Positions 1-9,108 of a stretch of 47,690 nucleotides of DNA are shown here, piece by piece. Position numbers and translations under genes: made by a program. The number at the start of each line of letters is the position of its first letter. Positions within the stretch are counted from its first letter, which is position 1. The stretch comes from Taibaiella soli (GTDB lineage: Bacteria > Bacteroidota > Bacteroidia > Chitinophagales > Chitinophagaceae), in contig JBEBVQ010000001.1 in assembly GCA_040392625.1 (NCBI GenBank), positions 1 to 47,690 on the forward strand, in the 5' to 3' direction. The notes beneath the pieces were generated by a model, which worked only from the letters and a program-made list of their open reading frames with translations, had not been told where the DNA came from and made no database searches.

Positions 1-1164
1 CTGCTTTACGATACTGTATAAGACCGGCGGCTGCTTGTAGATGCCTTTATTATACTTGTTGCCCAGTACGATAATGGTAAAATTATCCTTGATAAACCGG
101 TAGAAGCAGGTATTATTCCCGTGCCACCACCCATTGTGGTAAATGACCTTATAACCATCCGGGTAACAAAGCATACGCCACCCAAGTCCGTAATTCCGGA
201 TGCCCGGCTTTTCGAATGAGCAGGGGCCGTAGGCAAGCTCCATGGTTTCATTATCCAGCAGCTTGTTTTGGTAGAACGACTGATCCCAGCGATACAGATC
301 CTGGACGGTGCTGTATATCCCTTTATCGCCGTACACTCCGTCGGCAAACATCACCGGATCGCGCACCCAGTTGTATTTATAGCTGATGGTAGCGGCATCG
401 GGCAGGCCATCGGCCGGGTCAAAGACAAAAGTATGGTTCAGACCAAGCGGTTTAAAAATATAATGCTCCATAAACTGCTTGTAAGGCATACCGCTCACCG
501 CTTCTATCACACTGGCCAGCATTGCATAATTGGTATTGCAGTATTTAAACCGGGTGTCGGGGCGAAACTGGAGCGCGGGTTTGTGTTTTGCCATGAGCGA
601 CAGCACCTCTTCATTGTATATGGGCGTACTGCGGTTCTTAACGTACTGCGGTGCCCAATGCAGGTATTCGGGCAGGCCGGAACGATGATTCAGCAGCATC
701 CGCAGGGTGATCTTCTCATAAGGGAAAGACGGCAGATAATGTTTTACCGGATCATCAATATTCAGGTACTTATGCTGATAGAGGTACAATATGGCCGCAC
801 CCGTAAATGTTTTTGTAATACTGGCCAGTTGCACAGATGCATGCTGGTTGAGCGGAGTTTTATCTTCCCGGTTGGCAGCGCCGAAATAACGTTCGTACAG
901 CACTTTGCCTTCGTATCCGATCAGCACGCTCCCGTTGAAGCCCGCCCTTACCTGTACTTTATAAAATGAATCCAGTTGCGCCCGGATGTCTTTCCAGGCC
1001 TCGCTGCTGGTATCTGCATAATTAATTCGTATACTGCCATATGTACCGGTATTATCAGGCATAGCTTCACCAGTGCCGGCAGAAGCCGGCTCCTCAGACG
1101 AGCCACAGGCCATGAATGCAATGAGTAAACAAACAGGAATTATAACGGTAAAAAAACGTCGCAT
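1..1164 (-). CDS. serine hydrolase / beta-lactamase-family lipoprotein; C-terminus lies beyond the window edge
   Basis: Absent from the ORF track because it has no stop inside the window. My translation from ATG 1164-1162 gives MRRFFTVIIPVCLLIAFMACGSSEE (signal peptide plus lipobox Cys). In frame it has the SxxK motif LASITKTF (Ser codon 822-820) and the YxN motif FKYCNTNY. The frame stays open to base 1. Confidence 0.8.
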   Translation of the reverse strand, partial: MRRFFTVIIPVCLLIAFMACGSSEEPASAGTGEAMPDNTGTYGSIRINYADTSSEAWKDIRAQLDSFYKVQVRAGFNGSVLIGYEGKVLYERYFGAANREDKTPLNQHASVQLASITKTFTGAAILYLYQHKYLNIDDPVKHYLPSFPYEKITLRMLLNHRSGLPEYLHWAPQYVKNRSTPIYNEEVLSLMAKHKPALQFRPDTRFKYCNTNYAMLASVIEAVSGMPYKQFMEHYIFKPLGLNHTFVFDPADGLPDAATISYKYNWVRDPVMFADGVYGDKGIYSTVQDLYRWDQSFYQNKLLDNETMELAYGPCSFEKPGIRNYGLGWRMLCYPDGYKVIYHNGWWHGNNTCFYRFIKDNFTIIVLGNKYNKGIYKQPPVLYSIVKQ

Positions 1165-1210
1165 AGCTGGCCGGTATTCATACAAAGGTAAAATTGAGTG
1201 AACGGGGGGG

Positions 1211-1798
1211 CTAACTGGTTAACTTTATTTTAACAAACGCAACCATATCATCCATGAATTCATAGTAACACTGTGCCAGCGCATAGTAATGTGTCACGAA
1301 AGTACGGTAAGCCATCTGCGGCGGCGGCATGTATGTAGCCCTGCGATGAAGTCCCTCCAGTGCGCGCTCCATTCCTTTCATCGTACGGTAGCTGTAAAGC
1401 CAGTTCTGCTCTTTCATGTAAGGAAAATAACGGATGAAAGAAGGAGGGAAAAATTCCTGCCGGGATTCAAGCTGTCCGTAGGTGTGCAATGAGAATTGCA
1501 GCAAGTCATGCTCACTTTTAAAATAACGCGGATCTCCTGCCAGGAAATGATCAAACAGACTGTCCATCAGTGCGCCGGCATACAACCCGTAATCGGGGCG
1601 GAACCATATTTTCGCCCGGTTGATAGCAGGATGGGTATCTGTAAACGAATCAATGCTACGATGCAGCTCAATCCCATTCCGGACGCCCTCCGGAAATTTT
1701 TGTAGAATGAGCTTGCCCTTTACATGATCCCCGATCATATTTCCCGTCAGGATATCGGGGTCATTGAAGGATAGCAGTGCATGGCCGAGGTAGTTCAT
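1211..1798 (-). CDS. acpH: acyl carrier protein phosphodiesterase
   Basis: 195 aa. MNYLGHALLS..GNMIGDHVKG..LHRSIDSFTD parallels the E. coli AcpH pattern MNFLAHLHLA..GNLLADFVRG..HRRID..TD. Confidence 0.75.
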   Translation of the reverse strand: MNYLGHALLSFNDPDILTGNMIGDHVKGKLILQKFPEGVRNGIELHRSIDSFTDTHPAINRAKIWFRPDYGLYAGALMDSLFDHFLAGDPRYFKSEHDLLQFSLHTYGQLESRQEFFPPSFIRYFPYMKEQNWLYSYRTMKGMERALEGLHRRATYMPPPQMAYRTFVTHYYALAQCYYEFMDDMVAFVKIKLTS

Positions 1799-1824
1799 GT
1801 CAGGGATGAGGATTGAGGGATGAA

Positions 1825-4029
1825 TTATGAATGTAGGGGCGAATGATCATTCGCCCGATAATTCCCGGGTTTATTAAGTCGTTCCAGTTCATAGTGCATG
1901 GCATTCAGTTCGATGATCATGCGGTCAAGATACACCATTTGACTGTCGGTCAAGGGTCTTACCTGCGTTCCTTCTTCCGCCCCGATCAGACCGGCGGGGT
2001 CTTGCGGCGCCAGCTCATGTACTTCAACCATGATCTGGTTGAATAATTGAATCGCATCCATGATACGCTGCTGCTGCACCTCCGGCGTTGCCGGTACAAT
2101 CGCCTCATCGTTTTTGCTGTCTTCTTCAATATTGATATTATTCAGCTCCCGCGTAAGGCGCATATTGTGCGTAACGATCTGATAATACAATACGAACTGT
2201 TTCTTCCGGATAGCCGGTTCACGCATATAACGGAGGAAAGAATCGAACAGGTTGCTGTTCCGTATCTCCGCATCACGTTTATAGCGCGTCCAGGTCAGCT
2301 CCTGCCGGTCAGGGAAAAGTGTTGCTTTCATATAGATGTAGTTGCTGCTGACTGCGGCTGCGAGGTAGGATGGGAGCCATTCGCTGTCCCAGTCGGGCAG
2401 CAGTACGAAACCTGCGATGACAGCCAGTGCGGCGCCACCCAGTGTACTCAGGGCACGTACCCACACCAGGTTGGGGTAAAATGTCTGATCCACCGAAAAC
2501 AGCAGTACAAGTGTAATAGTTATAAAAAATGCCGCTACCGAATATTTCCGCCGGATGTAATAGACCATAAAGATCGCTGCAAAGAACAGCATGATCTCCT
2601 GCACAAAGAGACCCGTAGGCAGGAGGAGGATCAGGCTGCCGGCAAAGCCGCCGAGCACAGTGCCGATGATACGATCGATCGCTTTCCTGAGCGTGGCGCC
2701 GAAATAAGGCTGTATCACGATGACAACCGTAAGCGGCAGCCAGTATCCGCGATCAATATCGAGCCATTTGTAGATGGATAAAGCCAGCGTGGCGGCCAGT
2801 GCAGTACGAAGCGCATACCGCACCATAAATGTATTGAAGCTGAAGAGCAGCCGCAGATTACGTATCAGATAACGCGGGTGCAATACATACAGTGTCTTTA
2901 TCAGCGAGTACGACCGGTAAACGGGAAGCTCCGTCCCGATCTCCTGCATACGCTTCATGGATGCCTCTACCAGGCGGATCATTCTTTCCGTAAGCTGCAC
3001 TACCCGCTGTACAGCAATCTCATGAGCGCTCCCTGCATCCTGCGGGTAATCGCGCAGCATCATCGCCAGCTTTCGTAACCTCCGGATACGGGAATGCAGC
3101 AGTATTTCTTCTTCCGGTTTCAGGGTGAGGATGTAAACCGCCATCCGGTCCACCATCTGTTGTATCGCTTTAAACAAGGCGTACAGCTTCAGGCGCACGT
3201 TATTGTCCAATGACTTGATGGCCACCGTTTCCAGCTCTGCCCCGATAGCGATCACATGCGTAGCGACCAGCGCCGTTGCCTTGCGTGTCTGCGCCAGCGG
3301 ATATTCCGGGGTGTCCGGGCGCGTTACCTGATCGGCAGAGGATTCGTAAAACTGGAAAGAGCTGTCTATTGCACGCCGTACGAGTTGCTCCCTGATATAA
3401 ATATCATGCAGTCCGTTACGGGGTTTCTTACCGTCCCAGCCTTCGGCTACGGAAGCAACCAATCCTGAGATCGCTTTCCAGATCAGCGCAATAGAGCGCC
3501 GGTATGGCTCCTGTGCGCGAATAAAAGCAGAGGCAATCATGCCTACCGCCAGGTTCCACATCCCTCCGGTAAAAACATAGAGCATCCGTTGCTGCAAGCC
3601 GGAAAAGTCGGTTACCGGATACGCATTGCTGATGATAAATAGCACAAACACACAAATCGCCAGCCCGCTCCCGCGATCGCCCAGGTTTTTGAAAAGGCTC
3701 GTCAGCAACCCTACGAAAATCATGGCCAGCAGGCTCAGCCAGAGCGACCCGCCTGTGACGGATCCCAGCAGGGTAAAGAACAAAGCAAGCAGGACGCCGC
3801 CGGTCAGTACACGCAGACGCAGCCCGGTGGATCCGCGCAGCTCCACCCAGCAGATACATTCTGCTGTCAGCGCCATCCATTTGGCAGCCTCCAGGTGCCC
3901 GGTGGCCACACCCCACACGATCGGCACCACAGAGGCAATACCCATGCGGATACCCCAATTGAGCGTAGGCTCCAGCGTTTCATTCCGGATGAAACGGTTC
4001 AGTCGTTTATATGGCAGCAACAGGCTCAT
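1825..4029 (-). CDS. FUSC/YccS-family integral membrane protein
   Basis: 734 aa. Two blocks of hydrophobic helices are separated by a long soluble helical region, as in fusaric-acid-resistance-like proteins. The last ~11 codons read through a 20-bp palindrome, so the exact C-terminus is uncertain. Confidence 0.7.
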   Translation of the reverse strand: MSLLLPYKRLNRFIRNETLEPTLNWGIRMGIASVVPIVWGVATGHLEAAKWMALTAECICWVELRGSTGLRLRVLTGGVLLALFFTLLGSVTGGSLWLSLLAMIFVGLLTSLFKNLGDRGSGLAICVFVLFIISNAYPVTDFSGLQQRMLYVFTGGMWNLAVGMIASAFIRAQEPYRRSIALIWKAISGLVASVAEGWDGKKPRNGLHDIYIREQLVRRAIDSSFQFYESSADQVTRPDTPEYPLAQTRKATALVATHVIAIGAELETVAIKSLDNNVRLKLYALFKAIQQMVDRMAVYILTLKPEEEILLHSRIRRLRKLAMMLRDYPQDAGSAHEIAVQRVVQLTERMIRLVEASMKRMQEIGTELPVYRSYSLIKTLYVLHPRYLIRNLRLLFSFNTFMVRYALRTALAATLALSIYKWLDIDRGYWLPLTVVIVIQPYFGATLRKAIDRIIGTVLGGFAGSLILLLPTGLFVQEIMLFFAAIFMVYYIRRKYSVAAFFITITLVLLFSVDQTFYPNLVWVRALSTLGGAALAVIAGFVLLPDWDSEWLPSYLAAAVSSNYIYMKATLFPDRQELTWTRYKRDAEIRNSNLFDSFLRYMREPAIRKKQFVLYYQIVTHNMRLTRELNNINIEEDSKNDEAIVPATPEVQQQRIMDAIQLFNQIMVEVHELAPQDPAGLIGAEEGTQVRPLTDSQMVYLDRMIIELNAMHYELERLNKPGNYRANDHSPLHS
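1837..1856. repeat. 20-bp perfect palindrome GGGCGAATGATCATTCGCCC
   Basis: Lies within the last codons of the FUSC ORF, next to a degenerate heptamer tract (1802-1835). Confidence 0.7.
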
Positions 4030-4036
4030 TTAATAG

Positions 4037-4130
4037 TTTTAATTAGCTGATGAGCCAATTAGTTTATTAGCTAATTATCCTCTGCGATTGGCATTAGCTA
4101 ATCCGCATATCAGCTAATTGGCTCATTGAA
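4037..4130 (-). repeat. family A ATTAGC-rich hairpin element, diverged copy A1
   Basis: Perfect 13-bp arms ATGAGCCAATTAG (4050-4062) and CTAATTGGCTCAT (4114-4126) enclose ATTAGCTAAT palindromes and a core related to copies A2-A4. Confidence 0.75.
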
Positions 4131-4148
4131 TTCAACAGCCAACCGACC

Positions 4149-4622
4149 CTATTCCAACCAACCATCTGCAATATCCGCAATGTCTTTCACAGAAACGGTC
4201 TGTTCCAGGAATTCTTTTTCCCCGCCGCGGATGATCAGTGTGGCAGGTATCGCGCCCGACCAGCGATCGTCAATCCTGGGAATAAATGTATTGGCATTTG
4301 TTTCCGAAAACCAGACGATCTCAGGCTGTGGTTGTTTCAGCGCGACAAATCTTGTGATCTTATCCTCATAATCGTCCTTAAAATCAAGGCTAACGAGCAG
4401 CACTTTGACCGGTTGCTGCTGATACCGCTCCTGTAGTGTATCAAAGACGGGCAGTTCCTTTACGCAGGGAGCGCACCAGGTAGCCCAGAAGTTGACGATA
4501 TACAACGTATCTCCTTGTTCTACCCGTGACATCAGGTTGCTGGATGTGTATATGGGGATTTTTTGCGACCAGGCCGTCATTGCACCGGATAAGAACAGGG
4601 TCAAAAAAAGAAGCTGCTTCAT
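4149..4622 (-). CDS. TlpA-family thiol:disulfide oxidoreductase (secreted thioredoxin fold)
   Basis: CxxC motif WATWCAPCVKELP and signal peptide MKQLLFLTLFLSGAMTAWSQ. I moved the start to ATG 4622 because a -7 box (4641-4648) lies inside the longer ORF 4149-4643. Confidence 0.8.
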   Translation of the reverse strand: MKQLLFLTLFLSGAMTAWSQKIPIYTSSNLMSRVEQGDTLYIVNFWATWCAPCVKELPVFDTLQERYQQQPVKVLLVSLDFKDDYEDKITRFVALKQPQPEIVWFSETNANTFIPRIDDRWSGAIPATLIIRGGEKEFLEQTVSVKDIADIADGWLE

Positions 4623-4640
4623 AACAAGATGTATAAAATG

Positions 4641-4648
4641 CAAAAATA
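4641..4648 (-). promoter_or_regulatory. Bacteroidota -7 box TATTTTTG (tlpA-like gene)
   Basis: Plus-strand CAAAAATA lies 19 nt upstream of ATG 4622 and matches the TAnnTTTG consensus. Confidence 0.45.
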
Positions 4649-4744
4649 TCAGAGATTCCGGGATTAAACCGTTAAATTACCGGTAGTGATAAACGTCCGT
4701 CATGAATCGCTCTTATCCGGAAAAAAATAGTGCCTCCGGCCAGA

Positions 4745-5485
4745 TCAGCGGTAGAGTTTGCTTTTAATGATCCCCCATTTATGCAGCCGGTGTGTGCATG
4801 ATACCCGCAGCACACCCAATCCGTATTTTACACTGCGGCTGAAATTGATGCTGGAAGCCTCTTTGAAGTATTTGGTGGGGCAGGTGACCTCGCCGATGCT
4901 GTATCCTTTCATCAGGATCTGGGAGGCCATTTCATTATCGAATACGAAATCGTCACTGTTGACCGTGAGGTCTATGGACCGGATCACTTCAGCAGAGAAC
5001 GCCCGGTAGCCAGTGTGATATTCGCTGAGTTTTTCGCCCAGCATAATATTCTCAAACATGGTCAGGATGCGGTTCGCAATATATTTGTAGAGCGGCATGC
5101 CACCTGTAAGCGCCCCTTTGCCCAGGATGCGGGACGCAAATACCACGGGGTAAATATCGTTGGCTATGATCGAAGACATGGCGGGCAGCAGCTTGGGTGT
5201 GTACTGATAATCAGGATGCAGCATGATGACGATATCCGCGCCCAGTTCCAGCGCTTTTTTGTAACAGCTTTTCTGGTTGCCGCCGTATCCTTTGTTCTTT
5301 TCATGCACAACAATATGCCGTATCCCCAGTTGTCTGGCCACCTCAATGGTATTGTCCGGGCTTTTGTCGTCCACCAGCACTACCTCATCAACGAGGTCAA
5401 ACGGGATCTCATTATAGGTACGCTCAAGTGTCAGCGCAGCTTTCTAAGCAGGCAGCACAACAACGATCTTTTTCCCGTTCTGCAT
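4745..5485 (-). pseudogene. family 2 glycosyltransferase (polyprenyl-phosphate sugar transferase-like) with an in-frame TAG at codon 14
   Basis: Reverse-strand translation from ATG 5485 gives [45 protein letters not shown]. This continues in the same frame into track ORF 4745-5380. The stop (5446-5444) sits where GT2 enzymes have the Tyr of the PAY motif. Confidence 0.7.
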
Positions 5486-5573
5486 AGCGTAAAGATTACA
5501 ATACCAGATTTCAGGGCGTGAAATTAATCAAATAGTTGGTTTTGTTCGTTGCAGCAGCATTTTATGGGCAGCG

Positions 5574-6059
5574 CTAATATGCTATTTTAGCATCGCCTTC
5601 AGTGGGGCGCATACCTGTCACGACCAGGTTGCTGGTTGCTTTGGCCAAAAGCTGCTCTTCCATATTGTACACCCGGCATTCTACATGAATGATCTTTTTG
5701 CCCGAGCGGATCACTTCGGCTATTGCCCGCAGCCGTTCTCCCTCCCGGATGGCATACAGGAAATCCACATTCAGGTTCAGTGTGGTGTAATGATTTTCCG
5801 TATTGAGGCTCACCACTGCCCAGCCAATCGCTTCATCTATTACCAGGCTCATCATGCCGCCGTGGATATGCTGGTAGGGATTTGTCATCTCCGGTCGTAC
5901 ATCTAATGCAATGACGACCTTCCCGCGTTCCGTATGTTCCAGTGTGAACTGCAGCCAGTTGCCGGCCGGAGAGCGGGAGCCGGTAACGGTGTTGCCGTGA
6001 AAATGTTCCCTGATGTAATCAGGTATCTGTTCAGAAGATTTGTCATTGCTGTGCATCAT
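5574..6059 (-). CDS. PaaI-family hotdog-fold thioesterase
   Basis: QHIHGGMMSLVIDEAIGWAV core and length typical of PaaI/YbgC-like thioesterases. Start taken at MMHSND (6059), which overlaps the upstream gene by 17 nt. The longer ORF to 6149 would run deep into that gene. Confidence 0.75.
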   Translation of the reverse strand: MMHSNDKSSEQIPDYIREHFHGNTVTGSRSPAGNWLQFTLEHTERGKVVIALDVRPEMTNPYQHIHGGMMSLVIDEAIGWAVVSLNTENHYTTLNLNVDFLYAIREGERLRAIAEVIRSGKKIIHVECRVYNMEEQLLAKATSNLVVTGMRPTEGDAKIAY

Positions 6060-7302
6060 TCGGTATTTTTTCTGCCGGCGGCGATAGCAAAGCATGCCTT
6101 TGCCAGAGCAGGAAATACAAAAATACGAATACGCCGAATTGTACTTCAAGCGAGGCGTCGGTCATCAGGAAAAAAAACAGCATCATCCACATCGTGCAGA
6201 AGAAAAAGCCGGTTCTGTTGTTTTTTACGCGGGATAACGGTGCGCACAGCCACCATAAAAATAAAGCAAGGGATATCAGTCCGGCTGCGACGCCAATGGT
6301 CAGGAACTGGTTGTGCGGTACGAGCCGCTGCGCCTGGGGGATGTGCGGGTACTGGTGGTCATAGGCCCGGCTCATTTCCGAGAGTACATCTCCCGCGCCT
6401 ACCCCGGCGAGCGGATGTTGCCCTATCAGCTGTATGGCCAGCTTGTAGGAAACCATTCTGCCTACATCGCTGAGATCGCCGGAAATATTTCCCTGCATAT
6501 ACTGCTGGTAAGAATAGATGGTGTAACCAACGCGGTGGCTGAGCGTAGGTATGTAACGGATCGCCAGCATACCGCCGGCAACAATCAATGCAAGGGCAAT
6601 GATACCGGCAATGCGATTCCGCCGGATGATCTGATAAAATGCCCACATCAAAACCAGAATATAGAAAGCGATCAACCCCGTCTTTGCTGCCAGGATATGC
6701 AGGTACACGGCAAATATCCCGATGCTGAGCTGCACCAGTATTTTTGTATAGCGGCCCCGCAACTCAGGTAGGATGTATAAGCACCAGCCTGCACTGAGCG
6801 CTACTGCCATACTGAAACGTATATGATCCCTGTAGGTGGGTGTAGGCAGCACATGAGATCGGGTATATCCTTCAACATATGTGGCCGGATCTCCAATCAG
6901 AAACCCCAGGCTGTAGCCGATACCGGATAACAATATCAGGCACAATCCCACGGTGTACCATTGCAATTGCTTTCGTGAGAATGCCGGCAAAAGACCGAAT
7001 GCAAGCGGCAGCAGCAGGAACGGCAGCTTGGTTTGTATTCTTTCGTGCCAGAAGACTTTATCATCGCTCCAGAACCACGAGAGTGCATACATGCCGATCC
7101 ATAACAGGCCAAGCAGCCACCATCGTTGCCGGAGCCATGCGCGCGGGTGTATGCCGCGAAGAGCATTGATGCCAAAAAGCATCATGGACAGCGAGAGCAA
7201 AACACGCGAGCACAGAAATCCCCCTATCATGCATAATGCAAAGAGAACAGCCAGATTTGTTCTGGATAAAAACGGATGTTGCAGCAGGCGTATCTTCGTC
7301 AC
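6043..7302 (-). CDS. O-antigen ligase (Wzy_C)-family polytopic membrane protein
   Basis: 419 aa with ~10 hydrophobic helices and a periplasmic loop containing HPLAGVGAGD and HNQFL motifs, typical of O-antigen ligase-like proteins. GTG start. Confidence 0.65.
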   Translation of the reverse strand: MTKIRLLQHPFLSRTNLAVLFALCMIGGFLCSRVLLSLSMMLFGINALRGIHPRAWLRQRWWLLGLLWIGMYALSWFWSDDKVFWHERIQTKLPFLLLPLAFGLLPAFSRKQLQWYTVGLCLILLSGIGYSLGFLIGDPATYVEGYTRSHVLPTPTYRDHIRFSMAVALSAGWCLYILPELRGRYTKILVQLSIGIFAVYLHILAAKTGLIAFYILVLMWAFYQIIRRNRIAGIIALALIVAGGMLAIRYIPTLSHRVGYTIYSYQQYMQGNISGDLSDVGRMVSYKLAIQLIGQHPLAGVGAGDVLSEMSRAYDHQYPHIPQAQRLVPHNQFLTIGVAAGLISLALFLWWLCAPLSRVKNNRTGFFFCTMWMMLFFFLMTDASLEVQFGVFVFLYFLLWQRHALLSPPAEKIPNDAQQ

Positions 7303-7432
7303 AGGAACAGGGGGTTTCCTTTCGTATAACGATCAGCGTCGTTTTTTTAGTGTGACAAGATAGGCAATATTGTTTGCGTTTCTTTGCAGGAGTCCGGGGA
7401 AATAAATTGTGAAGAAGAATACCTGCTGTACT

Positions 7433-7440
7433 TACCTTTG
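7433..7440 (+). promoter_or_regulatory. -7 box TACCTTTG (TPR-tilS operon)
   Basis: Exact TAnnTTTG, 19 nt before ATG 7459. Confidence 0.5.
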
Positions 7441-7458
7441 CAGGTCAAAGCCGCCTTT

Positions 7459-7773
7459 ATGACAGAACGGATCAAAAAGCTGGAAGCGTTCCTGCAGCAA
7501 TCGCCGGATGATTGCTTTCTGAACCATGCGCTTGCATTGGAATACATAAAGGAAGGCCGGGACGCCGAGGCACAGGCATTTTTTGAGAAGAACCGGGCGA
7601 ATGATCCGGGATATGTCGCTACTTATTACCATTTGGGCAAGCTGCTTGAGCAGACGGGAAATACTGACGGCGCACTTGTAGTATATGAAGAGGGTATGCA
7701 GCACGCCAGGGCAGCGGCAGATATGCATGCTTATCGTGAGCTGCAGGCTGCTTACGAACAACTTGCTTACTGA
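7459..7773 (+). CDS. small tetratricopeptide-repeat protein
   Basis: MTERIKKLEAFLQQSPDD..ALALEYIKEGRDAEAQAFFEK..YYHLGKLLEQTGNTDGALVVYEEG is TPR-like. ATG 7459 lies 19 nt after a TACCTTTG -7 box. Confidence 0.65.
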   Translation: MTERIKKLEAFLQQSPDDCFLNHALALEYIKEGRDAEAQAFFEKNRANDPGYVATYYHLGKLLEQTGNTDGALVVYEEGMQHARAAADMHAYRELQAAYEQLAY

Positions 7774-7776
7774 TTT

Positions 7777-9108
7777 ATGGAACTGCTGGAACAATTTAAA
7801 CAAAACTGGAGCCGGATTGTCGGGCCGGATATGAATGGCCGGGTATTGCTGGCTGTCAGCGGCGGATCCGATTCTATGGTAATGGCTGATCTGTTCATCC
7901 GTGCACAGATACCTATGGCCATTGCACACTGTAATTTCAGTCTTCGTGGTACAGCGTCTGATGAGGATGAAAACCTTGTGACATCTTTTGCTGCCAAAGC
8001 TAAAATACCTTTCCATACTGTTCGCTTTAATACAAAACAGAAGATGGCCGAATGGAAAAAAGGTGTGCAGGAAACGGCGCGCATACTTCGTTATCAGTGG
8101 CTTGAGCAGGTACGGCAACAGCATGGTTACATTCTGATCGCTACCGCACATCATGCAAACGACAATGCGGAAACGCTGCTCATGCATTTGTTTAAAGGCA
8201 CGGGTATTGCCGGACTGCATGGGATCCCGAAGCAGAACGGCAAATTGATCCGTCCCCTGTTGTTTTCCGGAAAATCTGCCATTGAGAATTATGCGACTGT
8301 ACACGGTGTGCCGTATCGCGATGATGCGTCTAATGCTACGGATGCGTATCAGCGAAATGTGGTACGGCATCATATTATTCCCGCTATTGAAAAATGGTTC
8401 CCCGACGCGGTCATGCAGATACATGAAACTGCCGGACGGCTCTCGGAAGTGGAGATCCTCTACCGGCGAGCCGTAGCAGCAGAGGTCAAAAAACTGACGG
8501 AATACCGCGGGCAGGACTGCTATATCCCCGTTCGGAAACTGCAGAAGACCACACCGTTGTCTGCAATTTTCTATGAATTGTTTACGGGCTATGGTTTTAC
8601 GCCTGCGCAGATCCCGGCTGTGATGCAACTGATGGAGGCGGAAACCGGGCGCTATATTGCTTCTCCGACACACCGGGTAATACGGAACCGGGATTTCCTG
8701 GTAATAACGGATGTGGCAGATGCCGGTGCAGATATGATCGTGATCCCCGAAGCGCCGGGAGCGATTCACACCGCGGACGGTGTTTTTAGTTTTTCCATTA
8801 AAGAGATGCCTCCGGCAGTATTGCCATCCGGCTCCGAGGTTGTATGCCTGGATATGCGTGCGGTACGATTCCCGCTGATCTTGCGCAGATGGCGTACCGG
8901 TGATTATTTCTATCCGCTTGGTATGGGTATGAAGAAAAAAAAGCTGAGCCGTTTTTTTATCGACCAGAAGCTGCCGCTGCATGAAAAGGAGCGTGTCTGG
9001 ATATTGGAATCGGATAAACGTATTGCCTGGGTTGCCGGTATGCGGATGGATGAGCGCTTTAAGGTGTCTGTCGCGACCGGGCAGGTGTTGATGGTACATT
9101 ATCAGTAG
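7777..9108 (+). CDS. tilS: tRNA(Ile)-lysidine synthetase
   Basis: 443 aa with PP-loop LLAVSGGSDSMV and TAHHANDNAETLLMHLFKGTG, typical of TilS. Confidence 0.9.
   Translation: MELLEQFKQNWSRIVGPDMNGRVLLAVSGGSDSMVMADLFIRAQIPMAIAHCNFSLRGTASDEDENLVTSFAAKAKIPFHTVRFNTKQKMAEWKKGVQETARILRYQWLEQVRQQHGYILIATAHHANDNAETLLMHLFKGTGIAGLHGIPKQNGKLIRPLLFSGKSAIENYATVHGVPYRDDASNATDAYQRNVVRHHIIPAIEKWFPDAVMQIHETAGRLSEVEILYRRAVAAEVKKLTEYRGQDCYIPVRKLQKTTPLSAIFYELFTGYGFTPAQIPAVMQLMEAETGRYIASPTHRVIRNRDFLVITDVADAGADMIVIPEAPGAIHTADGVFSFSIKEMPPAVLPSGSEVVCLDMRAVRFPLILRRWRTGDYFYPLGMGMKKKKLSRFFIDQKLPLHEKERVWILESDKRIAWVAGMRMDERFKVSVATGQVLMVHYQ

Noticed and set aside
3428-3958. 176-aa and 135-aa ORFs nested in or opposite the FUSC gene (3428-3958 -, 3626-4033 +)
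   Set aside because: They are Arg/Pro/Cys-rich alternative-frame translations of a well-supported membrane-protein gene. There is no independent start context or domain.
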